Shown: positions 44,038 to 57,904, numbered from the stretch's first letter. The stretch is DNA of 64,000 nt from an uncultured Gemmatimonadaceae bacterium (GCA_963829055.1 CAWHHI010000019.1:88718-152717), one strand, 5' to 3'. The notes: generated by a model not told the origin, from the sequence alone. A program made the numbers and translations.

Positions 44038-46911
44038 TTAGGCGTACTCCTCGATCGGCGGACACGCACACACGAGATTCCGATCGCCGAACGCCGATTC
44101 CACTCTCCCCACCGCCGGCCAGAACTTTCTGGTCCGCGTCGACGGAATCGGGAATGCCGCGCGCTCACGCGAGTAGCCGTGCGACCACGCATCGGTGATC
44201 ACCGCTTCCATCGTGTGCGGTGAGTTCTTGAGCGGGTTGTCCTTCTTGTCGAGCACCCCCGACTCGACGTCGCGGATCTCCTCGCGAATCGCGATCATCG
44301 CCTCGCAGAACCGATCGAGCTCCATCTTCGACTCGCTCTCCGTCGGCTCGATCATGAGCGTCCCCGCGACCGGGAACGAGACCGTCGGCGCATGGAAGCC
44401 GTAGTCCATGAGACGCTTCGCGATGTCCTCCACCTCGATGCCGCTCGCCGCCTTCACGCCGCGCGGATCCACGATGCACTCGTGCGCGACGAGACCGTTC
44501 TTGCCCTTGTACAGCACCGGGAAGTGCGGCTCGAGCCGCTTCGCGATGTAGTTCGCGTTGAGGATCGCGACCTTCGTGGCGTCGGTGAGACCCGAGCCGC
44601 CCATCATGCGGATGTAGACCCACGAGATGGGCAGGATGCTCGCGCTACCCCACGGCGCCGCCGAGACGGCGCCTAACGTCTCGCGCCCCTCGAGCTGCAC
44701 CACCGGGTGTCCCGGAAGGAATGGCGCCAGATGCTTGCGCACGCCGATCGGACCCATGCCCGGACCGCCACCACCGTGCGGAATGCAGAACGTCTTGTGC
44801 AGGTTGATGTGGCAGACGTCCGCCCCGATGTCAGCCGGCCGTGCCACACCGACCAGCGCGTTCATGTTCGCGCCGTCCATGTACACCTGACCGCCGTGCT
44901 CGTGAACGATGGCGCACACGTCGGTGATCGTCTCCTCGAACACGCCGTGCGTGGACGGATACGTCACCATCAGCGCAGACAGGTTCGCCTTGTGCTCCTC
45001 GGCTTTCGCCTTGAGGTCGGCGACGTCGATGTTGCCGTTCGGGTCCGTCTTGACCACGACGACCTTGAGGCCGGCCATCACCGCGCTCGCGGGATTCGTC
45101 CCGTGCGCTGATTGCGGGATGAGACAGACATCGCGGTGCCCTTCCCCGCGCGACTCATGATACTTGTGAATCACCAGGAGCCCGGCGAATTCGCCCTGCG
45201 ATCCCGCGTTAGGCTGGAGCGACACCGCGTCGAACCCGGTGATGTCGGCCAGGTCCGACTCCAGCTGCTTGAACATCTGGGCGTAGCCAGCCGCCTGATC
45301 GCGCGGCGCGAACGGATGCAGCTTGCCGATTTCCGGCCACGTCACCGGAATCATCTCGGCCGTCGCGTTCAGCTTCATGGTGCAGGAGCCGAGCGGGATC
45401 ATGCCGTGCGTGAGCGAGAAATCGCGGGACTCGAGCATGCGCATGTACCGCAGCATCTCGGTCTCGGAGTGATGCCGATGGAATACCGGGTGGGTGAGGA
45501 ACGCGCTCGTCCGCGCGAATCGCTCGTCGTACCGGTCGTCCGTTTCGGCGGCGAGATCGTCGATGCCCGCTCCCTCGATTCCGAACGCCGCCAGAACCTC
45601 GGCGACATCAGCCGGGCTCGCGGTCTCGTCGAGCGCGACACACACGCTGCTGCCGTCCGCGCGGAGGTTGATCCCGCGCTCGCGTGCCGCAGAGATCACC
45701 TGCTGCGCCGTCTTCCCGTTAGGCTCGACGCAGACGGTGTCGAAGAAGACATCGTGGCGCACCTTGTGGCCGGCCTTTTCGAGTCCAGCGGCCAACGATG
45801 CGGCGAGCTTGTGCACGCGCTTGGCAATGCGCGTGAGGCCATTCGGGCCATGCCACACCGCGTACATCCCGGCGATGACCGCAAGGAGCACTTGCGCCGT
45901 ACACACGTTGCTCGTCGCCTTCTCGCGGCGGATGTGCTGCTCGCGCGTCTGCAGCGCCATGCGCAGTGCCGGCTTGCCTGACGAATCTCGCGACACGCCA
46001 ATAATGCGGCCCGGCATCACGCGCTTGTATTCATCCTTCGTCGCGAAGAACGCGGCGTGCGGTCCGCCGTAGCCAAGCGGCACGCCGAAGCGCTGTGAGT
46101 TGCCGACGACGACGTCGGCACCCCATTCGCCCGGCGGCGCCAACAGCGTCAGCGCGAGCAGGTCCGTCGCCACGACCACCATGGCTTCAGCGGCATGCGC
46201 GGCGTCGGCGAGCTCACGGTAGTCGCGCACCCCGCCGTCGGTCGCCGGATACTGGAGAACGACGGCAAAGACTTCGGCACCAACCGCGAGCTTGGCGTCG
46301 TCAGCAACCACCACCTTCCAGCCCCGCGCCTCGGCGCGCGTGCGCACGACGTCGATGGTCTGCGGGTGGCACGCGTTCGAGACGACGACGGTCTCCTTCC
46401 CTTCCTTGCCCTTGACCGCGTGCGCCATGCCGACCGCTTCGGCCGCCGCGGTGCCCTCATCGAGCAGAGAGGCGTTGGCGATCTCCATACCGGTCAGGTC
46501 CATCACCATCGTCTGGTAGTTCAGCAGCGCCTCGAGGCGACCCTGCGCGATCTCGGCCTGGTACGGCGTGTACGCCGTGTACCAGCCCGGGTTCTCGAGG
46601 ATGTTCCGCTGAACGACCGGCGGCGTGAAGGTGTCGTGGTAGCCGAGGCCAATGAACGATCGGAAGACCTTGTTGGCGGCAACCATGCCGCGCAGCTCGG
46701 CGAGGACGTCGTGCTCTGTGCGCGGACGGCCCGTGCTCAGCGTCTGCCGGAAGCGGATCTTTTCCGGAATGACAGCGTCGATGAACTCGTCGAGCGACGT
46801 GTAGCCCAGCACATCCAGCATCTCGCGCTGCTCGGCTGCGCTCGGGCCGATGTGGCGGCTGACGAACGAATCGACTTCGGTGAGCGGCATTGGCTTGCTC
46901 GTAGTCGTCAT
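44038..46911 (-). CDS. gcvP: glycine dehydrogenase (decarboxylating)
   Basis: [44 protein letters not shown]. Confidence 0.98.
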   Translation of the reverse strand: MTTTSKPMPLTEVDSFVSRHIGPSAAEQREMLDVLGYTSLDEFIDAVIPEKIRFRQTLSTGRPRTEHDVLAELRGMVAANKVFRSFIGLGYHDTFTPPVVQRNILENPGWYTAYTPYQAEIAQGRLEALLNYQTMVMDLTGMEIANASLLDEGTAAAEAVGMAHAVKGKEGKETVVVSNACHPQTIDVVRTRAEARGWKVVVADDAKLAVGAEVFAVVLQYPATDGGVRDYRELADAAHAAEAMVVVATDLLALTLLAPPGEWGADVVVGNSQRFGVPLGYGGPHAAFFATKDEYKRVMPGRIIGVSRDSSGKPALRMALQTREQHIRREKATSNVCTAQVLLAVIAGMYAVWHGPNGLTRIAKRVHKLAASLAAGLEKAGHKVRHDVFFDTVCVEPNGKTAQQVISAARERGINLRADGSSVCVALDETASPADVAEVLAAFGIEGAGIDDLAAETDDRYDERFARTSAFLTHPVFHRHHSETEMLRYMRMLESRDFSLTHGMIPLGSCTMKLNATAEMIPVTWPEIGKLHPFAPRDQAAGYAQMFKQLESDLADITGFDAVSLQPNAGSQGEFAGLLVIHKYHESRGEGHRDVCLIPQSAHGTNPASAVMAGLKVVVVKTDPNGNIDVADLKAKAEEHKANLSALMVTYPSTHGVFEETITDVCAIVHEHGGQVYMDGANMNALVGVARPADIGADVCHINLHKTFCIPHGGGGPGMGPIGVRKHLAPFLPGHPVVQLEGRETLGAVSAAPWGSASILPISWVYIRMMGGSGLTDATKVAILNANYIAKRLEPHFPVLYKGKNGLVAHECIVDPRGVKAASGIEVEDIAKRLMDYGFHAPTVSFPVAGTLMIEPTESESKMELDRFCEAMIAIREEIRDVESGVLDKKDNPLKNSPHTMEAVITDAWSHGYSRERAAFPIPSTRTRKFWPAVGRVESAFGDRNLVCACPPIEEYA

Positions 46912-47191
46912 GCAATCCTCGAGGGACGCGCCAGCGTCCAACAAAGCGGAAAAAGCGGCGGAGAATGCCGGAGGGCGACGGCGGACTCGCGGATAAGGCT
47001 GCTATGAACGCAACCCGGCGTCGCCCACGAACCCGCGTAAACGTATCCTCGCGCGGAAGCGAGCGCGATGCGACTCGCGTGTCGACGCACGATCGCGCCG
47101 ACCCGACGCGACTGTTTCATTCTGTCCGGCACGAGGCTACCCTTTCCGCGCGGCGCGCTGATGTGCCGACTGTTCCGTCACCCGGGTCTCA

Positions 47192-47962
47192 ATGCACTGG
47201 ACGCTGTTGCGTACGCCCCCGCTCGGCGGGGCCGAGAACATGGCGCTCGACGAGGCACTGCTGGAGCGCGCGCGACGCGTGGATGAGGCGGTCTTCCGTG
47301 TGTACACGTGGTCGGAGCCGACGTTGTCATTCGGTCGTAACCAGACGGCGCGAGGTGTCTACGACGCCGATCGCGCGCGAGACCGGGGCGTGACCGTGGT
47401 GCGGCGGCTTACGGGCGGACGGGCACTGCTTCATCATCGCGAGGTCACGTATAGCGTCACGGCTCCGCTCGCTGCCGGGGTCTCACTCCGCGAATCGTAC
47501 GCCCGCATCAATCGTCTACTCGTCGATGGACTCCAGCGCCTCGGTGTTGCGGTGGACGTGGCGACTCCGCGTGAGCGTGCAGCCGCACCGTCCGCCGCGC
47601 CGTGCTTCGAGCGGCCGGCTGCTGGAGAACTGGTGGTGGACGGACGGAAACTCGTTGGAAGCGCGCAGTGGCGCGACGAGGGAGCCATGCTGCAACACGG
47701 GTCTATCCTGATCGACGACGATCAACCCTTGGTCTCTGCCATCGCCGGCCATGCGGTCGCGACGCCCCACCCGGCCGCGACGTTGACGGCGGCGCTTGGA
47801 CGTGCACCCTCGGTGGACGAAGTCACCGACGCGCTATTCACATCGGTGCGATCGCTGGAGTGCCCCTGCGCCACCGATCTGACAATGGATTCGACGGTCG
47901 AGCAAGCCATGCATCGCGCGCTCGACCGATATCGCGACGATGAGTGGACCTGGCGCCGATAG
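47192..47962 (+). CDS. lipoate-protein ligase/octanoyltransferase (LipM/LplA family)
   Basis: NMALDEALL, RRLTGGRALLH, KLVGSAQ, LQHGSI. Confidence 0.92.
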   Translation: MHWTLLRTPPLGGAENMALDEALLERARRVDEAVFRVYTWSEPTLSFGRNQTARGVYDADRARDRGVTVVRRLTGGRALLHHREVTYSVTAPLAAGVSLRESYARINRLLVDGLQRLGVAVDVATPRERAAAPSAAPCFERPAAGELVVDGRKLVGSAQWRDEGAMLQHGSILIDDDQPLVSAIAGHAVATPHPAATLTAALGRAPSVDEVTDALFTSVRSLECPCATDLTMDSTVEQAMHRALDRYRDDEWTWRR

Positions 47963-48027
47963 CTGTCCCGCTACGTCTCTCACTACTCGTCCGTACATTC
48001 CCGCTTCGCCTGTCACACGGGTTTCTC

Positions 48028-49703
48028 ATGCGCCTTTCTGCTGTACCATCGCTCGTTCTTCTCCTCGCTCTTGCCGCGGGCTGTGATCGCGGCAGCTCTG
48101 CGCCTTCGGGCGGAGACGTGGGGGGAACGGTCATCACGGGGCTCGCGACGGACGTTGCCCAGCTGATTCCGCCGATGATTCAGCAGGTCGAAGAGAAGAT
48201 CGTGGCCGATCAGATCTTCGAGCCGCTCGTGATGTCGGGCGACGAGGACCGCCTGGACACTGGATTCCGCCCGGCGATCGCTGACAGCTGGTCGTGGGAG
48301 CGCGATTCGATGGTCGTGGTGTTTCACCTGAATCCGAGTGCGCGCTGGCACGACGGCGCGCCCGTTCGCGCATCGGACGTGCGATTCACGTTTGCCCTGT
48401 ACACCGATCCGACCCTCGGATCGCAGGAGCGACCTGCGCTGTCCCGGATCGACTCCGTCACGGTCCGGGATTCCGTCACGGCCGTATTCTGGTTCAATGC
48501 CCGTTACCCGCAACAGTTCTACGATGCTGGGGCGCGTATGCTCATCATGCCGGAACACGCCCTCGCGAAGCTTCCCCGTGCCACGCTGCAGACTTCGACA
48601 TTCGCCAGGAATCCGATCGGGTCCGCTCGCTTTCGTCTGTCCAAGTGGACCACCTCGTCCATCGAGCTGGTTGCAGACACGACGAACTATCACGGCCGAC
48701 CAAAGCTCGACCGCGTGATCTTCGTCAAGGTGGCCGACCCTAACGCGGTCGTCGCTGGCCTCTCCAATGGCGAGTTGGATGCCGGTGAGATCGCGAGTCC
48801 GCAAGACTACCAGAAGCTGTCGGCACACCCCGCGCTTCGGTCTCACATGCTCCCGGCATGGGACTACGCGTTCGTCCAGTTCAACCTCGCCGATCCAAAA
48901 CGCCGCACCCAGCCGAATCGCTTGTTCGGTGACATCGCGCTTCGACGCGCGCTCACGATGGCCATCGACCGCAAGACCCTCGTGGCAGTCGCAGTTCGAT
49001 TCGTTGGGCGACAGTCGCGGTAGGACCGATGACGCACGCCCAGACGATGGCCGATACGACAATCGCGATCGTGGCCTACGATTCGCTGGGGGCCGCAACG
49101 CTGCTCGATTCGTTAGGCTGGAAGCTCCCGGCCGGCAAGATGGTGCGCGAACGAGCGGGCCAACCGTTGCGGTTCTCGCTGGTCGTGCCATCCGTTTCGC
49201 CGAATCGCATGGCCATGGCTGTCCGGCTTCAGGAATCTCTGCGGCGGATCGGCGTGCAACTGGATCTCGACGTGATGGACGCCGCGGCGTTCACGGCCCG
49301 AGTCGCCAGGCGCGACTACGACGCCGCGTTCAATGGGACACGCGCCGAAGCAAGCATCGCCGGCCTCAAGGCATACTGGACCGTCGCCGGCGCCGACGAT
49401 CCGGCGGGCAGAAACTCCGCGAACTACCGCAATCCGAAGTTCGATGCGCATCTGGACAGTGCTATTGGAGCCCGGGACATCACCACCGCCCGCGCACACG
49501 CGAGCCAGGCGTACTCGGTCATCATCGCCGACATGCCGGCAGTCTGGATCTACGAGCCGCGTACCGCGCAATTCACCCATAAGCGAATTCGCACCGCGCA
49601 CGTCGCACCGACCGCCTGGTGGCGCGGCCTCGCCGATTGGTCGATTCCCGAAGCAGAACGCCTGCCTCGCGATCGAATCGGACTGAAGATGGCGGCCCGC
49701 TAG
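48028..49703 (+). CDS. peptide ABC transporter substrate-binding lipoprotein (frameshift near 48990)
   Basis: lipobox AAGC; WHDGAPV..DV.FT; LRRAL..AIDR; YRNPKFD. Confidence 0.88.
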
Positions 49704-49725
49704 CTCGTCGATGATTCGTTAGGCG

Positions 49726-50694
49726 GTGCGTCGCTTTCTGGCGCGACGACTGGCCCACGGGGCGGCGGTCATCTTCATCGCCGTCTCGCTGTCGTTCCTG
49801 CTGCTGCACATCGCCCCTGGCGATCCGTTCTCGGCGACCCTCGCGAGCGCGAGCATCGACCCGGCCACGCTGGCTCAGTGGCGGACGGCCTACGGTTTCG
49901 ATCGGCCCATCCTCGAGCAGTACATCCGATTTCTTGGCCAGGCGGCCGTGGGCAATTTCGGGCCGTCCATCCGGTATCATCAGCCCGTCGCTGACGTCCT
50001 CGCCGCGGCGATCCCGCAAACGATTACCCTCATGGGCACGGCGCTTGTCCTGAGCTTCGGCTTCGGCGTGCCGTTAGGCTCGTGGCAGGCAGCACATCGC
50101 GGGACGACTACCGACAGGATCGCGGGCACGGCGTCATTGATTGTGGGGTCCTTGCCTGAATTCTGGCTCGGGCTCGTATTGCTGCTCCTGTTCGCCGCTC
50201 GGTTTCCGATCTTGCCGAGCCACGGAGCAGTCGACCCCATGCACGACCTGTTTCCCCTCGCCGAACGCGTGATCGACCGCGCTCGTCACCTGGTGCTGCC
50301 AGCCCTCACACTCGCGCTGCTCAGCAGTGCATCGATCGCGCGGTACCAGCGGGCGACGTTGCTGGACGTCCTGCCCCAGGACTTCGTCCGCACGGCACGC
50401 GCGAAGGGCGTAGGGGAACGGCACGTCCTGTGGAAGCACGCGCTTCGGAACGCGCTGGTTCCCACCATCGTCCTCGCTGGTCTGTCTCTCCCGGCGCTCA
50501 TCGGCGGCGCCGTCTTCGTCGAGCGCATCTTCTCGTGGCCGGGTATGGGCAGCGTCGCGGTCGAAGCATTCGCAGGGCGCGACTATCAGCTCGTCGCGGG
50601 TACGACGGTGGCCGGAGCCGTGCTCGTCGTCGCAGGCAGCATCGTGGCTGATTTGCTGCACGCCGTGGCCGACCCACGCGTGCGCGCGCGCTGA
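49726..50694 (+). CDS. peptide ABC permease (OppB/DppB)
   Basis: APGDP, RTARAKG, KHALRNA, FSWPGMG, DPRVR. Confidence 0.93.
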   Translation: MRRFLARRLAHGAAVIFIAVSLSFLLLHIAPGDPFSATLASASIDPATLAQWRTAYGFDRPILEQYIRFLGQAAVGNFGPSIRYHQPVADVLAAAIPQTITLMGTALVLSFGFGVPLGSWQAAHRGTTTDRIAGTASLIVGSLPEFWLGLVLLLLFAARFPILPSHGAVDPMHDLFPLAERVIDRARHLVLPALTLALLSSASIARYQRATLLDVLPQDFVRTARAKGVGERHVLWKHALRNALVPTIVLAGLSLPALIGGAVFVERIFSWPGMGSVAVEAFAGRDYQLVAGTTVAGAVLVVAGSIVADLLHAVADPRVRAR

Positions 50695-50710
50695 GTCCCG
50701 CGCCGGCAAC

Positions 50711-51625
50711 ATGACGCCGATCAGCGGTGTGCCCTTGCGCGAGCCGGGGGATGGAGGCAACCACGCTGGGCATTCACCGTGGCGCGCCGCGCTCCGCACA
50801 CTCGGACGCGACCGGAGTGCAATGGCCGGCGCCGTAGTCCTCGCCGTTCTGGGCGCGCTCGCCGTCGCTGCAAAACACGTCGTGCCGTACGAGTGCAATG
50901 CGCAACCGAACATCGTCGCGCTGAAGAACATTGCGCCGTCGCTCGCGCATCCGTTCGGTACCGACGAATTCAGTCGCGACGTCCTGTCGCGCGTCATCTG
51001 CGGTTCGCAGGTGTCGCTCTCGGTCGCGTTCCTGTCCGTCATGGTCGCGGCGACACTCGGGACCATTTACGGCGCGGTCGCTGGCTACGTCGGCGGCATG
51101 GTCGACAGCGCGATGATGCGGCTGATCGATGCGCTGCTCGCCATTCCGCGCGTGTTGCTGCTCATCGCCATCGCCACGCTGTGGAATGGACTCGGGATCG
51201 TCGGGCTCGTCCTGCTCCTCGGACTCACTGGGTGGTTCGGCGTGAGTCGCCTCGTACGAACGCTCGTGATCAGCGCCCGCGAGGACGAATTCGTAACCGC
51301 GGCGCGCGCGCTCGGCGCGAGTGACATGCGCATTCTCGGCCAACACATCCTGCCCCAGGTCATCTCACCCGTGCTCGTGTCGGCGACGCTTGCGATCGGC
51401 AACGTCGTTGTCATCGAAGCCGGCCTCACCTACCTCGGGATGGGCGTGCGGCCGCCCCGTGCGAGTTGGGGGAGTGTCTTCAGCGACGGCATGATCTCGT
51501 TCCCGTCCGCGTGGTGGACGTCGGTCTTTGCCGGCCTGGCGCTGGTCGTCACGGTGCTCGCGGTGAATCTCGTTGCGGACGGCTTGCGCGAGGCGTTGAA
51601 CACGCGCCAGCTTCCCGCGCGATGA
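50711..51625 (+). CDS. peptide ABC permease (OppC/DppC)
   Basis: HPFGTD..RDVLSR, AARALGAS, DGLRE. Confidence 0.93.
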   Translation: MTPISGVPLREPGDGGNHAGHSPWRAALRTLGRDRSAMAGAVVLAVLGALAVAAKHVVPYECNAQPNIVALKNIAPSLAHPFGTDEFSRDVLSRVICGSQVSLSVAFLSVMVAATLGTIYGAVAGYVGGMVDSAMMRLIDALLAIPRVLLLIAIATLWNGLGIVGLVLLLGLTGWFGVSRLVRTLVISAREDEFVTAARALGASDMRILGQHILPQVISPVLVSATLAIGNVVVIEAGLTYLGMGVRPPRASWGSVFSDGMISFPSAWWTSVFAGLALVVTVLAVNLVADGLREALNTRQLPAR

Positions 51626-52679
51626 CGCAGCCACCCCTCCTCACGGTCTCCGATCTTCGCACGTACTTCTACACCGGCGCCGGAACCGCCCGCGCGGTCG
51701 ACGGCGTCTCCTTTTCGATCGGCGCTGGTGAGACACTCGGCATCGTCGGTGAATCCGGGTGCGGGAAGTCCGTCACCGCACTCTCCATCCTGCGACTGAT
51801 CCAACAGCCGGGACGCATCGAGTCCGGCAGCAAGATCCTCTTCGAGGGCAAGGACCTCCTCCAGCTCGACGACGCCGGCATCCGACAGATCCGTGGCAAT
51901 CGCATCGCCATGATCTTCCAGGAGCCGATGACCGCGCTCAACCCGGTCTTCACCGTCGGCGATCAGATCGCCGAGGTCGTGCGCGTGCATTCGAAGGCGT
52001 CCCGCCGCGCCGCGTGGGATCGCGCCGTCGAGATGCTCACCATCGTCGGAATTCCGGCTCCGGCCGAACGCGCGCGTCAGTATCCGCACCAGCTCTCGGG
52101 CGGCATGCGACAGCGCGTGTTGATCGCGATGGCCCTCGTGATGAGCCCGGCGCTCGTCATCGCCGATGAGCCCACCACCGCGCTCGACGTCACGATCCAG
52201 GCGCAGATCCTCGAGTTGCTCGCCGACTTGCAGCAGCGCCTCGGCACGTCCATCGCGATGATCACGCACGACCTCGGCGTGATCGCCGAGGTGGCGTCGC
52301 GCGTGCTCGTGATGTACGGCGGTGAAGTCGTCGAGGAAGCACGCGTCGAGACGCTCTTCGCCGAGCCGCATCATCCATACACGGAGGGGTTGCTGCACGC
52401 GATGCCGCGCGTCGGTCGGCGCCAGGAGCGCCTCGCGGTGATTCCCGGGAACGTGCCGCCACCAACGGCGTGGCCGTCCGGCTGTCGCTTTCGCGATCGG
52501 TGCCCGTACGCGTGGGACCGCTGCGAGCGTGAGCATCCGCCACTGTATCAGATCGGCGCCGGCCACACCTCGCGCTGTCATCTCGCCGACGAGCCCGAGC
52601 GTCGGGTTCGTCGCCCGCGCGCGGAGGCCACCGCGGCGACGTCGGTCTCGCCGGCGACTTCGCGCGCCGGAGGCGCAGC

Positions 52680-52683
<4 letters not shown>
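51622..52683 (+). CDS. peptide ABC ATPase (OppD/DppD)
   Basis: [32 protein letters not shown]. Confidence 0.95.
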
Positions 52684-53816
<1,133 letters not shown>

Positions 53817-53870
53817 CCTCCGGCGCAAGATGACGCGCCACGCACGCCACTCACACCCGCCGAGGCTCCA

Positions 53871-55460
53871 GTGACGTCAACCGTTCCACCGAAGCGAGTG
53901 CAGGAAGCCGCGGTCACCGTCGACGCGCCGCCCGGACCACCGTCCGATCGCGGCGGGTTCTTCGGACACCCTCGCGGGCTCTCCACGCTCTTCTTCACCG
54001 AGATGTGGGAGCGGTTCTCGTACTACGGCGTCCGCCCGCTGCTCATCCTCTACATGGCCGCCGCGCTCGCCGATGGCGGGTTCGGGTTCACCGCGACTGC
54101 AGGCCTCGGCCATCGTCGGCATCTACGCGTCGTCGGTGTACCTCGCGTCGCTTCCCGGCGGCTGGATCGCGGATCGCCTGCTCGGTCTACGACGGTCGAT
54201 CCTGACTGGAGCCGCGCTGATTTCCGCCGGACACATCTCGATCGGACTGTCGGCGTTTCTCGGCGGACGCGTGCCGTTCTTCGTCGGCCTCGTTCTCATC
54301 GTGCTCGGCACCGGACTGCTCAAGCCGAACATCTCGGCCATCGTCGGCGATCTGTATCCGGAAGGCGGCGCGCGGCGCGACGCCGGCTTCTCGATCTTCT
54401 ACATGGGCATCAACTCGGGATCGTTCCTCGGCCAGATCGTCACGGGAATTCTCGGTGAGAAGGTCGGCTGGCACTGGGGCTTCGGCGCCGCCGGTGTGGG
54501 CATGCTCATCGGCCTCACGGTATTCGCGACGCGCGCCAGCAAGACGCTCGGCAACATCGGACTGGAGACGACGAAGCATCCGGACCCCGCCGTGCAGGCG
54601 AAGCAGGTGGCGCGCGCGAAGATCGGCATTGCGATCGGACTGAGCGTCCTGGCGCTCGTCGTCATTCTCGCGGCGACCGGCGCGATCACGCTCGACCCGC
54701 AGGCGATCGGCGAAGAACATGACGTACGTGCTCGTCGGGCTCAGCGTCGCGTACTTCGGCTACATCTTCGCTGCCGGCGGCCTAACGAGCGACGAGACGC
54801 AAGCGCATCGTCGTGATTCTCGTGCTGTTCGTGTTCTCGGCGATCTTCTGGTCGGCGTTCGAGCAGGCGCCGACGTCGCTCAACCTGTTCGCCCGCGATT
54901 TCACTGATCGAAACCTCGGCGGCTTCGAGATTCCGGCGACGTGGTTTCAGTCGGTCAACGCGCTGTTCATCATCATCTTCGCGCCGGTGTTCGCGGTGAT
55001 CTGGAGCGGGCTCGCGAAGCGCGGGATGGACCTCTCGAGTCCCACGAAGTTCGCGATCGGCCTGTTCGCCGCCGCGCTCGCGTTTCTGTTGATGCTGTTC
55101 GCCTCGAATATCCTGGTCGCGAGCGGCGGCGCAGTGAAGGTCTCACCGTGGTGGCTCGTCGGCAGCTACTTCCTCCAGACGATTGGCGAGCTGTCCATCA
55201 GCCCGGTCGGCCTCTCGTCCATGACGAAGCTCTCACCGCGCCGGTACGTCGGTCAGATGATGGGCGTGTGGTTCCTCGCGACGGCGTTCGGCAACCTGAT
55301 CGCGGGCCTGGTGGGCGGCAGCGTGAATCCGGAAGATCTGGCGCAGACACCAAAGCTCTTCACGATGACGACGGCGTCCCTCGCGATCGCCGGCGTGGCG
55401 CTCACGCTGATGATCGTACCTATCAGGAAAATGATGGCACGGCAGACGGCAGCGATCTAA
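53871..55460 (+). CDS. POT-family proton-dependent peptide transporter (frameshifts near 54097, 54715 and 54800)
   Basis: [38 protein letters not shown] spread over four consecutive ORFs. Confidence 0.9.
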
Positions 55461-55566
55461 AGCCATCAGCCATCAGCCATCAGCAAAGCAGACCTCAGGG
55501 ACGTTCCTTCGGCCGAGAGAGGGATCCGAGTTTTGGAGGCTGATGGCCGATGGCTGATGGCTGATA
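55461..55566. repeat. inverted heptamer-repeat element (AGCCATC x3 ... GCTGATG x4)
   Basis: read directly; between convergent genes. Confidence 0.8.
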
Positions 55567-55582
55567 GTCGAGCTTCGGCCAA

Positions 55583-57307
55583 CTACGGCCACGCGAATAT
55601 CCGCTGCGGCAACGACCGCTCCCGACTCCGTTCGATGTCGCGCGGCTGACGCCAGAAAATGCGCGTCTGGTTCTCCACGCGGAAACGAAGGTCGAGATGC
55701 GCCCCACCCGCGCGATTCAGCGGCATCATGAGATCGACCCGCCAGAGTCGCTGCGATCCCGGCGGCAGCGCCGCGAGCAGGCTCGTTCCGACCGCGTACC
55801 TCGTCGGCGACGTCTCGCCGAACGGCACGTCGCCCGCCCACATCCGCCCAGCTTCCGCCAGCAGCGACACACCCGCGTCCGCGTTGCCACGCACGTTGCC
55901 GATCAACAGCCGCTGCTCGAGGCGCATGATGGCCCGCTGGGCGCCAGGAATGGGGTCCGCCGCGTAGCCGCGCAGACCACCTCGGGTCTCGCCGAGCGTC
56001 AACTGGAATGGCGCGCGCAGGCGCCATCCACCGCTGAACTCGCCGCTCGCGATCGTCGTGTGACGCAGGTGCGGCTTGAAGTACCAGGCCGCGCGACCCG
56101 TCGTCAGAATGTCGTCCCAGCGATTGTCGCCGTAGCTCTGGCGGCCCTCGCCTAACAATTGGACGGCGCCGAACGATCGCCCGCTTCCCGCGCCGGCGTA
56201 GATGTCCGCCGATATCCGAATGTCATCTTCGTGCGTGCCCAGCACCGAGAGGCTTCGTCCGAGCAACGTGCCAAGCTGAAAGCCCGTTCGCACGTCCTGC
56301 TCGCCGGTCAGCGCATCGAATCCCTCGACGCGTTTGAACCGCAGGTTACGAACGCCCCACAGAAAGTTGAGCCGCGCCGTACGACGGGAAGTGTACTGGT
56401 CGCTCAACGCCGTTCCCGTCACGGGCACGAGGCCGCTGTCGGTCACGATCACGACGTCGTCCGACGGATCCAACTCCTCCCGGGACAACGACAAACCGAA
56501 CAAGCTCAGTCGGCCTGGCTCCCCCACGCGCATTACCACTCCGATGTCGCCGAACGCTCGCTCGAGCGGCACCGAGGGCGACAGCCGACGCCCGGGCGTG
56601 ACGAACGGAAAGTAGTCAACGCTCGACCCGGCCGTGACGCGCCACGCGATTCGCTGAACGTCCGTGAGGAACGCGTGACGAAGCTCGGTGGACCAACCGC
56701 CGCCAAGGGGACGCCGCTCCGCATCGACGCCCAGCTGATACGGACGGCCGAGCAGCTGGTAGTCGATGGCGGCCGCGCGCCATCCGTCTCGATAGAATCC
56801 ACCGTCCCGCCACTCGCCGGCGGCATAGATGCCAGCACCTTGCACGTTCGAACTTCCAACCCGCACGCCCGTCACGTACGGGGAGAGATTCGAGACTGCC
56901 GCGCTCGCGACGACCGAGATTTCGTCGATCGTCACGACCTCGACGCGAACACCGCCGCGTCCATCGTCGTAAGTCGCGACGCTCGCGCCGGCAAGAAATG
57001 GCTGACCGCGGAGGATGCGCTCCGAGTCCTCCCGCAGCGTCGACGTGCAGCGCTTCCCGCGCTCGAGAAGCAGAAAGCGCCGCACAACGTCGGGGGACGT
57101 CGTGACGTGAACACCGTTCACGAGCGCAGACAGGAAGTTCGACCGTGCGAACACGCCGCCGAACGACGGGCCCTGCGCGCGGATCACGACGTCGGACACG
57201 ACGCGCCCATCGCACGGAATGCGGCGTGCCGCCGGCACCTCCTGCGCGGTGAGTGAGCCGGCGATGGCCAGCGCGCCGAAGGGAACCAGGCGCGCGGCTC
57301 GACGCAC
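55583..57307 (-). CDS. Omp85/BamA-TamA-like outer membrane protein
   Basis: signal peptide; POTRA-like TSPDVVRRFLL...SERILR; GGLRGY lid motif. Confidence 0.72.
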   Translation of the reverse strand: MRRAARLVPFGALAIAGSLTAQEVPAARRIPCDGRVVSDVVIRAQGPSFGGVFARSNFLSALVNGVHVTTSPDVVRRFLLLERGKRCTSTLREDSERILRGQPFLAGASVATYDDGRGGVRVEVVTIDEISVVASAAVSNLSPYVTGVRVGSSNVQGAGIYAAGEWRDGGFYRDGWRAAAIDYQLLGRPYQLGVDAERRPLGGGWSTELRHAFLTDVQRIAWRVTAGSSVDYFPFVTPGRRLSPSVPLERAFGDIGVVMRVGEPGRLSLFGLSLSREELDPSDDVVIVTDSGLVPVTGTALSDQYTSRRTARLNFLWGVRNLRFKRVEGFDALTGEQDVRTGFQLGTLLGRSLSVLGTHEDDIRISADIYAGAGSGRSFGAVQLLGEGRQSYGDNRWDDILTTGRAAWYFKPHLRHTTIASGEFSGGWRLRAPFQLTLGETRGGLRGYAADPIPGAQRAIMRLEQRLLIGNVRGNADAGVSLLAEAGRMWAGDVPFGETSPTRYAVGTSLLAALPPGSQRLWRVDLMMPLNRAGGAHLDLRFRVENQTRIFWRQPRDIERSRERSLPQRIFAWP

Positions 57308-57313
57308 GACCGA

Positions 57314-57904
57314 CTACTTCCCCATGCGACGCTTCAACGCCGCAAGCTTCTCGTCCGCGGCCGATTCGGCATCGGCACGTCGTCGCGCTCTCGCGAGCCC
57401 ATCGATCTCGGCATTCAAGCCGGCTTGGTCATCGAGAACGTCGTCCGCACCGCCGGCCGCCGCGCCCGCCGGACTCTCGCCCGAACGTCCGGTGCCGGCA
57501 GAGACGCCCGGTGTCGCGCCGGCGGCCGCGAGCTTGAATTCCGTATTCATCTCGCTGACTTCACGCTCGACCATTGCCAGCTCGGCCTCCTGCGTCTCGA
57601 GCTTTCGCTCGAGCAGCGCCGCTCGCTCCACATGCTGCTTCTCGTACCGCTCGGCGATCGCCACCGTCTCCGCGTCGTTGATCGAAGCGGCGAGCTGCTT
57701 CCGGCGCCTAACGGTTTCGAGCTCGGACTGTTCGCGCGTGAGGCGGGCGCGCGTCTCCACCACGCCCTTTCGCAGGTCGTCGAGCCCCATCCGCGCCTGC
57801 ACGAGCGTCTCACGCATCTGCGCGACGACCGAGCGCCGCGCATCGCCGCTGGGTGGCGTGCGACGCAGGAGATCACGGAACGCTTCGCGAACGTCGTCAA
57901 ACAT
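57314..57904 (-). CDS. PspA/IM30-like coiled-coil protein
   Basis: long coiled coil; C-terminal ADEKLAALKRRMG. Confidence 0.7.
   Translation of the reverse strand: MFDDVREAFRDLLRRTPPSGDARRSVVAQMRETLVQARMGLDDLRKGVVETRARLTREQSELETVRRRKQLAASINDAETVAIAERYEKQHVERAALLERKLETQEAELAMVEREVSEMNTEFKLAAAGATPGVSAGTGRSGESPAGAAAGGADDVLDDQAGLNAEIDGLARARRRADAESAADEKLAALKRRMGK

Noticed and set aside
46912..47191. Glycine riboswitch expected upstream of gcvP
   Set aside because: No GGAGA...CCGAAG...CTCTCAGG aptamer pattern found
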